Of a DNA stretch of 53,324 bases, positions 35,569 through 44,495 are shown piece after piece (the stretch's first letter is position 1; every line of letters starts with the position of its first letter). The position numbers and the translations under genes were made by a program. A model generated the notes under the pieces. The model searched no databases. It saw nothing but the letters and a program-made list of their open reading frames with translations, and had not been told where the DNA came from. Source of the stretch: Candidatus Thorarchaeota archaeon (GTDB taxonomy: Archaea > Asgardarchaeota > Thorarchaeia > Thorarchaeales > Thorarchaeaceae); assembly GCA_048882385.1 (NCBI GenBank), contig JBHLRQ010000009.1:1-53324 (forward strand). The letters are read 5' to 3'.

Positions 35569-35952
35569 TCAATCAGTCCTACGCCACTCAACAAAGAGCT
35601 GTCGTCTTTCAGTATCGGAAGATTCCTGAGCTTTATATTGTTCACGAATTTCAGCAATCCTCTGTGCCAAAAGATGGTAGCACAATGTGCTTTCGTGTGA
35701 AATAACGACTTCTTGATAGAAACTCCTGCACGTACAGTACAACTCAGGTATGACTAGATAATCACGACGGCCTTTCACAATCCATGTTTCTGACTCACTT
35801 GGAAGAAAGTGATACTTGATTATCTTTCCCTCTTCTACTGCTCTCAGAGCTCGAACAAACTTTTTCCCATACTTATTTCTGAAGTACTCGATATCACTCT
35901 GAGTAAGATCTTCTTGTGACAGTCTGGTTACCTCAGATTGCGGAAGGGACAT
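35569..35952 (-). CDS. SWIM zinc finger protein
   Basis: YCTC..F......CYH SWIM signature, W.V.G..DY. Confidence 0.85.
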   Translation of the reverse strand: MSLPQSEVTRLSQEDLTQSDIEYFRNKYGKKFVRALRAVEEGKIIKYHFLPSESETWIVKGRRDYLVIPELYCTCRSFYQEVVISHESTLCYHLLAQRIAEIREQYKAQESSDTERRQLFVEWRRTD

Positions 35953-36002
35953 TATTCTCACTCAAATCTCATACATAACGAGGTTAAAATGTTGTATATT
36001 AG

Positions 36003-36887
36003 ATGGTGAAATCAGCCATGGAACTTACTTTCGATGACAGAAGTCTGATAATCAGTTGGGATGATGAAAAAGTACTACTAATTTCAGACATACATCTCGG
36101 ATTCGAAAAAACAATGTCGCAAGAGAAAGGTGTTGAATTTCCACCTCAACATCCGGTTATCCTTGAGAGATTGGAAAACTTGGTTAGGAAACATAATGTA
36201 TCACACCTGTACATTATTGGGGATGTGAAACACTCCATTATTACTGATGACTACTCCAACTGGGAAATCATTCCTGATTTCATGCAACAAATATTGAATA
36301 TGATAGAAACTACTGTCATTCCAGGCAATCATGATGGTGTTCTAGAACCGCTGCTCCCAAGAAAGATTACACTTACTGATGTGCGTGGGATTGTATTAGG
36401 ACCAAAGAAAGAATCAGTTGGACTAACACATGGACATTCTTGGCCTTCTTTTGAGGTTCTGGATGCAAAGATGATAGTTATGGGACACAATCATCCAACA
36501 GTTCGACGCATCAGAGATGCATCTGTTCCAGACATTGGAAGACCATCAAGGAAAAGGTTTGGTGCAACCATTCCTGTTGTTGTCCAGTCCAAACTTGACA
36601 AGAATTGTGCAAGACAGAGCATGGGTATACTGGAAAACCCTGATGATTTGGAGTGTACAATTATCACTCTACCAAGTTTCAATGAATTGTTTGCTGGAAT
36701 GCCAATCAACTACTCTACGTCAGAGTTTCACGGACCTCTCTTTGAGAACAAATGTGCGAGCCTGCTAGAGTCTGAGGCGTTCAGTATAGACGGATTGTTT
36801 CTTGGTAAAGTAGGATGGCTTAGAGAACGTTTCAACGAAATGATTAAATCCAAACCTTTGAGGACAGACTTCGAGAAGGGTCGGTAG
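36003..36887 (+). CDS. Metallophosphoesterase (calcineurin-like, Lhr-associated MPE type)
   Basis: SDIHLG, GDVKH, PGNHDG, THGH, MGHNHP, PSFN. Confidence 0.9.
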   Translation: MVKSAMELTFDDRSLIISWDDEKVLLISDIHLGFEKTMSQEKGVEFPPQHPVILERLENLVRKHNVSHLYIIGDVKHSIITDDYSNWEIIPDFMQQILNMIETTVIPGNHDGVLEPLLPRKITLTDVRGIVLGPKKESVGLTHGHSWPSFEVLDAKMIVMGHNHPTVRRIRDASVPDIGRPSRKRFGATIPVVVQSKLDKNCARQSMGILENPDDLECTIITLPSFNELFAGMPINYSTSEFHGPLFENKCASLLESEAFSIDGLFLGKVGWLRERFNEMIKSKPLRTDFEKGR

Positions 36888-36954
36888 TCTAGCTTGGTAT
36901 GATTCTTGGTTCGGATCCAAGAGGTCGCGAGTTCAAATCTCGTCCGGCCCACCA
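36878..36954 (+). tRNA. tRNA-Pro (anticodon CGG), CCA encoded, no intron
   Basis: Acceptor GGGTCGG/CCGGCCC, anticodon arm CTTGG-TTCGGAT-CCAAG, T arm GCGAG-TTCAAAT-CTCGT, ACCA followed by T-tract. Confidence 0.95.
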
Positions 36955-36999
36955 CTTTTCTTTCGAGAACAATGTATGTTTCCAAACGGTTTTGGTAAA

Positions 37000-37470
37000 C
37001 TATTTTGATATGAGTGAGTGAAGAACGACTGCAGCCGTGCCTGAGGGACCAATATCCACACGAGCCTCTAGACTATTGCAGATGCCAAGGTCCATCTCTT
37101 TTCTTGAAAAAGAGCTATTACTACCAGAAAGAATGATGGCAACTCTTTCTCCGGATTTCACTATTTTTGAGAGGTGTCCGAATTCTAGACGTTCCTTAAC
37201 GAGAACGGGAGATGCAATCATCAAGGGATGCTCAATGTTCAGTACTTCCAACACATCTTTCAAATCAGGAAGGACCATGAAATTACATTTCATCTTCATC
37301 GCAAGTCGATTGGCATCAGGAACTCCAGCTTGTGCTGCAGAGCCTTCAGCCTTAGATACAATAAAATTGGAAAAGCCCAATCCATATACTACTTGGGCTG
37401 TATCGATTGTCTTTGATGCAGAGTGTACATTGTGTAAGACAACGTAGATGTTCTTGAATGAGTCATCCAA
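37000..37470 (-). CDS. DUF2122 / SPOUT-like RNA methyltransferase family protein
   Basis: VVLHNVHS, VYGLGF, SKAEGSAAQAGVP, LPDLKD, FSRKE.DLG, IGPSG; TTG start overlaps dcm stop (alternative 37482). Confidence 0.8.
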   Translation of the reverse strand: MDDSFKNIYVVLHNVHSASKTIDTAQVVYGLGFSNFIVSKAEGSAAQAGVPDANRLAMKMKCNFMVLPDLKDVLEVLNIEHPLMIASPVLVKERLEFGHLSKIVKSGERVAIILSGSNSSFSRKEMDLGICNSLEARVDIGPSGTAAVVLHSLISK

Positions 37471-38428
37471 TGTAGGTACCAACCTCCTGTGCGGTTAATT
37501 GTGATATGAGTGGAGGAACACTCTCGCCCACTTGATTGTATTGGCTGTCGATTGTACCAACAAATATGAAGGAGTCTGGATAGCTCATGAGTCTTGCGTG
37601 TTCTCGAACTGTCAATATTCTGTTCTCATAAGGATGGACATAACGAGACAATCCATTGATTGAGGTGGATATACGATCAGGAAAAAGACGCACCCAATTT
37701 GGTAGTGTTTTCGTCTTTGATGCACGAAAATGTCTGGCTCCCTGACCCCATCGAGTTCTACAAATTGCTTTCATCCTGTCTTCCGATAACGGGTAGATTG
37801 AATGGTTTGGACTTCTTACGTCCGGACTAAACAGTGAGTCTATTCCAAGGTCTGGAAGGTCTCCGATTGATTCCATAACAGTTGGTGCTGTTTTCCGAGG
37901 TAGATTCAGCTTCATATTGCTGATGAAGACTCTTAGTCGTTTTGAAGGATTACCATGGTGATGAGCTCTTATCATATTGAAAAAGAGTGTGTCAATACCA
38001 ACCCGTTCAAACTCCCTCAAGATTATCCTGTCACCTCCAGCATGTAAGACTGCAGCGACATTTTCAATCAAGAAGACTCTTGGAGATAGATCTCCAATAA
38101 TTCGGATGGTGTCTATTAACAATCGAGCAGTACCCTCACCATAGATTCTTTCAGCTGCAGGTCGTTTACTAGTGGGATTTGCTTTACTAAATTCTTCACA
38201 TGGTGGAGAAGCAATGATGATATCTGGAGAGCCTCCTAGCATTTCCTCGATCTGGATTGAGTGGATTTCGTGAATGTCAGCCTGCAAAACTTGGGCGTTT
38301 GGATAATTGAGCTTGTAAGTTTCTAGAGCTGAAGAATCGAGATCTATAGCTAGGTGTGTAACATCTACGAAGCGGCTGAACCCATAAGAAAATCCTCCTG
38401 CACCACAGAATAAATCTAGAATCTTCAT
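37463..38428 (-). CDS. C5 cytosine methyltransferase (Dcm family), orphan
   Basis: Motif I DLFCGAGG, IV SPPCEEFS, VI IENV, VIII KRLRVF, IX LTVREHARLMSYPD, X QVGESVPP. Confidence 0.9.
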   Translation of the reverse strand: MKILDLFCGAGGFSYGFSRFVDVTHLAIDLDSSALETYKLNYPNAQVLQADIHEIHSIQIEEMLGGSPDIIIASPPCEEFSKANPTSKRPAAERIYGEGTARLLIDTIRIIGDLSPRVFLIENVAAVLHAGGDRIILREFERVGIDTLFFNMIRAHHHGNPSKRLRVFISNMKLNLPRKTAPTVMESIGDLPDLGIDSLFSPDVRSPNHSIYPLSEDRMKAICRTRWGQGARHFRASKTKTLPNWVRLFPDRISTSINGLSRYVHPYENRILTVREHARLMSYPDSFIFVGTIDSQYNQVGESVPPLISQLTAQEVGTYIG

Positions 38429-38548
38429 TCGGATAGCCTCAGTTCAACTTCCTTGCACCCACCACTGATTATAACAATGTCGAAGGAAGACTTCAAAAGT
38501 ACCGATTATCTAGCCGGCTAAGCAAGACGTTATCGTGAGTGAGCGAGA

Positions 38549-39493
38549 ATGGGATTTGGATCTGGAAAAGGTAAGGCAATCCTGTTTGGAGAACATTTTG
38601 TCGTCTATGGACTTCCAGCTCTTGCTGCAGGAATTGCATCAGAAACTACAGCAAAAATTACACGAGTCCGTTCAATTGGATGGAAACTCGTGGACAATCG
38701 ACCTGCTATGCCCGGATACAAAGAAAAGAAGTACGAAGAGCAGAAGCAGTCAATAGAGAACATGCTTAAACATCTCAACATAGATACCACAAAACTAGGA
38801 TTCCAGATTGATTTAGCAGGAAACCTTGTTTGTGCCTCTGGAATTGGAGCCAGTGCAGCCAGTTGCGTGGCCATTGCCAGAGCGCTCAGTGAGGATTTTT
38901 CACTCAACCTTAACAATGAACAAATCAACGAAACTGCATACATCGGTGAAATGGGTTACCATGGAACTCCTTCAGGTCTTGACAATACCGCTTCAACTTA
39001 TGGTGGGCTTGTATGGTTTGAAAGAGATCTTAGTGGGGGGCCTCCAAAGTTTGAAAGACTGAAACTTGAGAAACCAATGCATCTCGTAATTGCTTCAACT
39101 GGAATTACTGCAAGTACGAAGGTCGTTGTAGGTGATGTTAGAGCAAAGAAGGATGCAGACTCAGATTGGTTTGACTCAATTTCAAGGGAATACACTCAGT
39201 TGGTGCATGACGCAAAAGATGCCCTGATGAAATTGAATGCCGTTAAGGTAGGTGCACTAATGGACAAGAACCATGAACTTCTACAACAATTGACGGTTTC
39301 TTGTAGAGAACTTGATTTTCTTGTCACAATTGCAAGAGAAAATGGAGCCATTGGAGCAAAAATGACTGGAACTGGAAGGGGTGGAAACATGATAGCACTT
39401 GCTCCGAATGAGGCAACACAGAAGAAAATAGCATCTGCATTAGAAAAGGATGGAAAGGCAGCAGGGGTGTGGATCACATCATTTGGACTTTGA
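38549..39493 (+). CDS. mvk: Mevalonate kinase
   Basis: GKAILFGEHFVVYG, SGIGASAA, HGTPSGLDN, GAKMTGTGRGG. Confidence 0.95.
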   Translation: MGFGSGKGKAILFGEHFVVYGLPALAAGIASETTAKITRVRSIGWKLVDNRPAMPGYKEKKYEEQKQSIENMLKHLNIDTTKLGFQIDLAGNLVCASGIGASAASCVAIARALSEDFSLNLNNEQINETAYIGEMGYHGTPSGLDNTASTYGGLVWFERDLSGGPPKFERLKLEKPMHLVIASTGITASTKVVVGDVRAKKDADSDWFDSISREYTQLVHDAKDALMKLNAVKVGALMDKNHELLQQLTVSCRELDFLVTIARENGAIGAKMTGTGRGGNMIALAPNEATQKKIASALEKDGKAAGVWITSFGL

Positions 39494-39502
39494 GGTGAGT
39501 CT

Positions 39503-40810
39503 ATGATACTTGAAGAATATATCAAGATACTACAGCAAAAAGAAAAGATTACAACTGTTAGCAAGAGCATTTCTAAAAACTTGGAGATTGCAGGTGTTTT
39601 GAAAACACTTGAGCCTACACCAGCGTTGTTTGAAAATGTAAAAGAGAGTGAGTTTCGGGTTGCTGGAAACTTGTTCTGTAACAAAGCACAGGTAGCAGAC
39701 TATTTTGGAATAACACCTGAGAAAATCATTCCAACTCTTACAAATGCTATCGAGAATCGTAGCAGACCTGAAAAAACTGACAAAGCTCCATGTCAAGAGG
39801 TTGTTGAAGACAAAGTAGACCTAGACAAGCTCCCAATACTGATTCACAACAAAGTGGACGGGGGTCCATACATCTCATCAGGTGTTGTTGTTGCATCTGA
39901 TCCAGAGTTTGGTCAGAATCTTGATTTTCATAGAGCTATGCAAATTAGTAAAGATACCATGGTTGCCAGAGTAGTCAGTGGTCGGGATTTCCACAAGTTT
40001 CTGGAACGAAATGGAGAGGTGGATGTAGCGTTCTGTATCGGGAATACTCCCGAGGTGTTAATCGCGGCAGCGACCTCTGTGGAAACGGGTGTGGATGAGC
40101 TTGAGATTGCAAATGCTCTGAAACCAATAAAAGTAACAAAGGCCAAGACTGTCGACCTGATGATTCCAGCGGATTCTGAGTTTATTCTTGAAGGTAGAAT
40201 AGTTCTTGAAGAGAGACATGCAGAGGGTCCTTTTATCGATCTTACTGAAACTGTGGATGTCATTCGTAATGAGCCTGTCTTTGAAGTCAAGAAGATCACT
40301 CATCGAAAGACTGCCATATGGCAGGGACTGCTTCCCGGTCGTTCAGAGCATAAGATTCTGATGGGAATGCCAAGAGAACCAACTGTGTTCAAAAAAATCA
40401 AAGATCGAGGAATCAATGTTCTCGATGTTTTCATCACACCAGGTGGAGCAAGTTGGTTACATGTAGCAGTTAAGATTCAGAAAAAGAATGATGATGATGG
40501 TCTTCAAGCACTTGAAGCTGCATTTGCAGGTCACAAGAGTGCCAAACATATCTGGATATATGACGAAGACATTGATATCTACTCGGATGAAGAACGTGAA
40601 TGGGCCATGGCCACACGATTCCAGGCGGATGTTGATTTACTAATTAAAGATCCAGAACCTGGAAGTTCACTTGATCCAAGTGCAGAACCAGGTACTAAAT
40701 TAACAACAAAATGCGGATTTGATTGTACTAAAGTCTTGGACTCTAAGGGAAAGAGCTTCAGCAAGGCTAAATTCCCAGAAGTGGACCTGAGTAAGTTTCT
40801 AGGTGATTAA
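39503..40810 (+). CDS. UbiD-family decarboxylase, probable trans-anhydromevalonate 5-phosphate decarboxylase
   Basis: DGGPYI, FHR, EGPF.D, DEDIDI, WAMATRFQ, GSSLDPS; operon with mvk and aconitase X subunits. Confidence 0.88.
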   Translation: MILEEYIKILQQKEKITTVSKSISKNLEIAGVLKTLEPTPALFENVKESEFRVAGNLFCNKAQVADYFGITPEKIIPTLTNAIENRSRPEKTDKAPCQEVVEDKVDLDKLPILIHNKVDGGPYISSGVVVASDPEFGQNLDFHRAMQISKDTMVARVVSGRDFHKFLERNGEVDVAFCIGNTPEVLIAAATSVETGVDELEIANALKPIKVTKAKTVDLMIPADSEFILEGRIVLEERHAEGPFIDLTETVDVIRNEPVFEVKKITHRKTAIWQGLLPGRSEHKILMGMPREPTVFKKIKDRGINVLDVFITPGGASWLHVAVKIQKKNDDDGLQALEAAFAGHKSAKHIWIYDEDIDIYSDEEREWAMATRFQADVDLLIKDPEPGSSLDPSAEPGTKLTTKCGFDCTKVLDSKGKSFSKAKFPEVDLSKFLGD

Positions 40811-40811
40811 G

Positions 40812-41999
40812 ATGGGACTAGAACTGACAGACGAAGAGAAAGACATGCTTGAAGGTAAGCATGGAAAGGCAACGAGAAAAGCAATGGAGATTATCACCAC
40901 TCTGGGAGATATCTACGGAGCGAAAAGACTCATTCCGGTTTCAAGTGTTCAAATTGCAGGAGTGTCCTATCATAATCTCGGAGAAGCTGGTCTTGAGTAT
41001 CTTGATGAAATGGCAGAGGATGGACGGACGAAGGTGCTGACCACTTTAAACCCAGCTGGAATGGATCTCGATGAGTGGAAAAAACATGGAATCAGTGAGG
41101 AATTTGCTAAAAATCAGCAAAGAGTTGTGAATGCGTTTGAAAAGATGGGGGTTGTTACAACCTGCACCTGTACACCATATCTGATAGGAAATCTTCCACA
41201 CTATGGTGAACATATCGCATGGGCAGAGTCATCAGCAGTTTGTTTCTCAAATTCTGTTATTGGAGCTCTGACTAATCGAGAGGGGGGTCCAAGTGCACTA
41301 GCTTCTGCATTGACTGGTATGACCGCGGAATATGGACTTCATCTCCAAGAGAACAGAGTGGCACAGGTAAAATACGAAGTTCAAACAGACCTGTCGAGCA
41401 CAGATGATTTTGGTCTTCTTGGTCAAGTAGTAGGAGAAAGGACTGGAAAGACTATTCCTTACATTGTTGGTGTCAAAAAAGCAACTACTGAAGAGCTGAA
41501 ATCTTTCAGTGCTTCTGTGGCAACTTATGGAGGAGTTGCATTGTTCCACATGGAAGGAATTACTCCCAACAGAACAACTATCCCAGACAAAACCGAAGTT
41601 ATAACCAAGAAAGATTTGGAAAGTGCACGAAACGAGCTTGATGATGAAGGGGCAAACATCGATTTCATCAGTGTAGGGTGCCCTCATGCAAGTATCAAGG
41701 AAATTGGTCAGATTGCAGAGATGCTTGATGGAAAGAAGGTAACAAAAGGAAAAACGGTCTGGATTACTACAGCAAAGCCCACAAAGGATCTTGCGATGAA
41801 GATGGGATATTATGATAAAATTGAGAAAGCAGGCGCTTTCCTTGTAGCAGATGCATGTTGTGCTGTAGCACCACTGAAAGGGAGGTTTGATGGCCTAATG
41901 ACGGATTCAGCAAAGGCTTGTTACTATGCTCGAGGAAAGAACAGTTTCAAGACTGAGATACGAACTGTAGAGGAGTGTATCAAGGAGGCGATTTCATAA
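40812..41999 (+). CDS. Aconitase X catalytic subunit, probable phosphomevalonate dehydratase large subunit
   Basis: GVSYHN, TTLNP, TCTCTPY, AWAESSA, NREGGPSALA, GCPHAS, DACC, TDSAKA. Confidence 0.9.
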   Translation: MGLELTDEEKDMLEGKHGKATRKAMEIITTLGDIYGAKRLIPVSSVQIAGVSYHNLGEAGLEYLDEMAEDGRTKVLTTLNPAGMDLDEWKKHGISEEFAKNQQRVVNAFEKMGVVTTCTCTPYLIGNLPHYGEHIAWAESSAVCFSNSVIGALTNREGGPSALASALTGMTAEYGLHLQENRVAQVKYEVQTDLSSTDDFGLLGQVVGERTGKTIPYIVGVKKATTEELKSFSASVATYGGVALFHMEGITPNRTTIPDKTEVITKKDLESARNELDDEGANIDFISVGCPHASIKEIGQIAEMLDGKKVTKGKTVWITTAKPTKDLAMKMGYYDKIEKAGAFLVADACCAVAPLKGRFDGLMTDSAKACYYARGKNSFKTEIRTVEECIKEAIS

Positions 42000-42385
42000 T
42001 GCAAGGTAGAAAGATCTTCAAGGGGAAAGTTGTGGGCGAGGCTCTAGTAACTGGAGATGAAATATCATTCTATGGCGGATGCGATCCCGAAACAGGAAAG
42101 ATTGTAGAAAAAGGGCATCACCTTGAAGGAAAATCGGTTTCTGGAAAGATACTTGTATTTCCTACTGGTAAAGGGTCTACAGTAGGATCATACGTTTTGT
42201 ATGCACTCAAAAAAGCAGACAAGGCACCACTAGCGATAGTTAACAGAACAACAGACCCAGTAGTAGCAGTAGGCTGTATCATTTCTGAAATTCCTGCAGT
42301 AGATCAGATTGACATTGGCAAATTAAAAACTGGACAGAAGGTGGAGGTAGACGCCGAGAATGGCGTCGTATCCATCATTGAATAA
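41999..42385 (+). CDS. Aconitase X swivel subunit (DUF126), probable phosphomevalonate dehydratase small subunit
   Basis: ISFYGG.DP.TG, GKILVFPTGKGSTVGS; TAATG coupling with the large subunit. Confidence 0.9.
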   Translation: MQGRKIFKGKVVGEALVTGDEISFYGGCDPETGKIVEKGHHLEGKSVSGKILVFPTGKGSTVGSYVLYALKKADKAPLAIVNRTTDPVVAVGCIISEIPAVDQIDIGKLKTGQKVEVDAENGVVSIIE

Positions 42386-42387
42386 TC

Positions 42388-43023
42388 TCAAAACCGCTGT
42401 ACCTGAGGTTCGAAATCTTCGGGGGTGAAAGCCGTTTCACCATCTTCAGGCATATCGCCTCTCTCTTTGAGTGTCTGAGTTGTGAGAAGGTAGTATACAA
42501 GGGCAAGAGATTTGCGACCACGATTGTTTGTAGGAATCACGAGATCCACATTTGTAGTCACGTTATCGGTGTCACAGAGTGCGACTACTGGTACTCCAAT
42601 TCTTGCAGCCTCTGACAAAGCCTGTTGGTCGGTTCGTGGATCAGTAAGAATGACAACATCAGGTTCAATGTATGTTCTCGGACCCGCAATGTTGGGATTG
42701 GTCAAAGTTCCTGGAACAAACCGTTCAGTGAATGAATTTGCACCAATGTAATAGGCAAATGTTTCTACTGGTTTCTTTCCATAGACTCTTCCTGACACTA
42801 CAACAATCTTAGAGGGATCAAACCTGGCAAGAAACTTACCAGCAACCCTAATTCTCTCATCAGTTTTTCTAACATCAAGAACATAGAGGCCAATTGGGCG
42901 CTGTCTATAGACAAATGGCTCCATGTCTTGTGTCTTCACTTGTGTGCCAATATGACATCCTGCAGCGAGATACTTGTCCATGGGTGTCAATAGTTCTAAG
43001 TCAGCGACTTCAATCTCACTCAT
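42388..43023 (-). CDS. rps2: 30S ribosomal protein S2
   Basis: [40 protein letters not shown]. Confidence 0.97.
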   Translation of the reverse strand: MSEIEVADLELLTPMDKYLAAGCHIGTQVKTQDMEPFVYRQRPIGLYVLDVRKTDERIRVAGKFLARFDPSKIVVVSGRVYGKKPVETFAYYIGANSFTERFVPGTLTNPNIAGPRTYIEPDVVILTDPRTDQQALSEAARIGVPVVALCDTDNVTTNVDLVIPTNNRGRKSLALVYYLLTTQTLKERGDMPEDGETAFTPEDFEPQVQRF

Positions 43024-43024
43024 T

Positions 43025-43240
43025 CTATTTTGCCTCCGCAGTTTCTGAAACAGCAAATGCCATGAAACTATCAATTATGTCAATATGAGCAAGTAACATT
43101 CTACGACAGCAGTATCTTGTAAGTCCTACATTATCAAGCACAACAGATGGATCTTCACCCTGTCGAACTTCACGCTTAAACTGCTCAAATTTGTCTGCAA
43201 CCACTTTGCCGCATGTAAAACATCGTACTGGAATAATCAT
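43025..43240 (-). CDS. rpoN: RNA polymerase subunit N (Rpo10)
   Basis: [12 protein letters not shown]...RYCCRRMLL. Confidence 0.97.
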   Translation of the reverse strand: MIIPVRCFTCGKVVADKFEQFKREVRQGEDPSVVLDNVGLTRYCCRRMLLAHIDIIDSFMAFAVSETAEAK

Positions 43241-43252
43241 TGTATAGTCGCC

Positions 43253-43651
43253 TCACCTGTATGATTTCTGGTATCGGGATCTTGCTGAAGGGCCACCGAA
43301 CTTCTTTGGTTCTGTCCGTCGTGGGTCTCCGACTAGCATTGTCCTATCGTGTTCAATCATCTTTGATCGTACTTCAAAGTCTTGACTCATGCGAATTAGA
43401 CCAGTAGCAATAGCCATTCTTACTGCATCAGCCTGACTCATGAAACCGCCGCCCCTTGTTCGTACCCTAATATCGTATCTTTTCCATCCTTCTCCGAAGA
43501 GAATCAAAGGCTCCATGATTCGCATGCGAGCCAGCTCTGGTTGTTGAATCTCCAGTGGTTTTCCGTTGATTCTGATTCGACCTGTGCCATCTTTTATTGT
43601 GGCTTTCGCAAGACTTGTTTTCCTCTTGCCAGTACTCACTACAACTCTCAT
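43253..43651 (-). CDS. rps9: 30S ribosomal protein S9
   Basis: GKRKTS.A, GGGFMSQA, DPRRTEPKKFGGPSARSRYQKSYR. Confidence 0.97.
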   Translation of the reverse strand: MRVVVSTGKRKTSLAKATIKDGTGRIRINGKPLEIQQPELARMRIMEPLILFGEGWKRYDIRVRTRGGGFMSQADAVRMAIATGLIRMSQDFEVRSKMIEHDRTMLVGDPRRTEPKKFGGPSARSRYQKSYR

Positions 43652-44103
43652 TTTACTACCTCCGGACTTCTCCAACCTAGTTCGTGACTCAAATCAGCCA
43701 CAGTAATGAATTTTCGTTTCAGACTCCTGTATTTTGCACCTTCGAGTACAATCTTTTCAGACTCAGCATATTGCTCAGGTAAGCCAATGTAGACCTTGAT
43801 ACGTTTGTATGCTGCTTTACCACGAGGGGTTGGCCACGGGAGCATGCCACGAAGCATCTTACGAACCATCTTGTCTGGACGACGCTCGTGTAATGGACCT
43901 CTTCTTGGATTATAGGAGGTCCTAATATTCAACTTCTCTTTCCAGGCATCAATCACAGTTCTGCGATCTCCTGTGATAATAGCCTTCTCTGCATTAACCA
44001 CGACAACTTGCTCACCGAGGATGGCGGCTTTTGCAGCCTTTGCTCCAAGACGGCCTACGACCATATTTTCAGCATCGAAAACTTTGACAGATCCTGTACT
44101 CAT
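43648..44103 (-). CDS. rpl13: 50S ribosomal protein L13
   Basis: DA...VGRL, VVVVNAEK..ITG, RGMLP...RGK.A. Confidence 0.96.
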   Translation of the reverse strand: MSTGSVKVFDAENMVVGRLGAKAAKAAILGEQVVVVNAEKAIITGDRRTVIDAWKEKLNIRTSYNPRRGPLHERRPDKMVRKMLRGMLPWPTPRGKAAYKRIKVYIGLPEQYAESEKIVLEGAKYRSLKRKFITVADLSHELGWRSPEVVK

Positions 44104-44112
44104 TGAAACCAC

Positions 44113-44484
44113 CTATACTATAATTGTAACTCCTTTCCCCTTGGGGACCTTGGTAAGCAATTCGTTTATTGATATCAGTGAACCACCAGCACCCACAATA
44201 CCGGTTCTAGCAGAAACTGAAGCATTGAGAGCCGCTACAGTTACTTTATGAGAGAGGATGCCAGAACCTAGAACTTTCCCAGGTACGACAATGATGTCTC
44301 CAGCATTTGTATAGCGACTGATTTTTCCAATATTCACTGTGGCGCGTTGGCGAGCTGGTCGAGCAATTAGTTCTGCAACCCGCTTCCAAATACCAACATT
44401 ATGTTTAGTTGATGTCTTTCTGAGCGCGTTAATGAGTGCGCGTGTGTTTGGGTCAGTTGGACCAGATTTGACTGATTTTTCCAT
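44113..44484 (-). CDS. rpl18e: 50S ribosomal protein L18e
   Basis: TDP....LI, IWK.VA, VN.GKI, VVPGKVLGSG. Confidence 0.96.
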   Translation of the reverse strand: MEKSVKSGPTDPNTRALINALRKTSTKHNVGIWKRVAELIARPARQRATVNIGKISRYTNAGDIIVVPGKVLGSGILSHKVTVAALNASVSARTGIVGAGGSLISINELLTKVPKGKGVTIIV

Positions 44485-44495
44485 TTGTTCACACC

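Noticed and set aside
37463-38428. Restriction-modification system or canonical DNMT2
   Set aside because: No adjacent endonuclease ORF; no CFT motif
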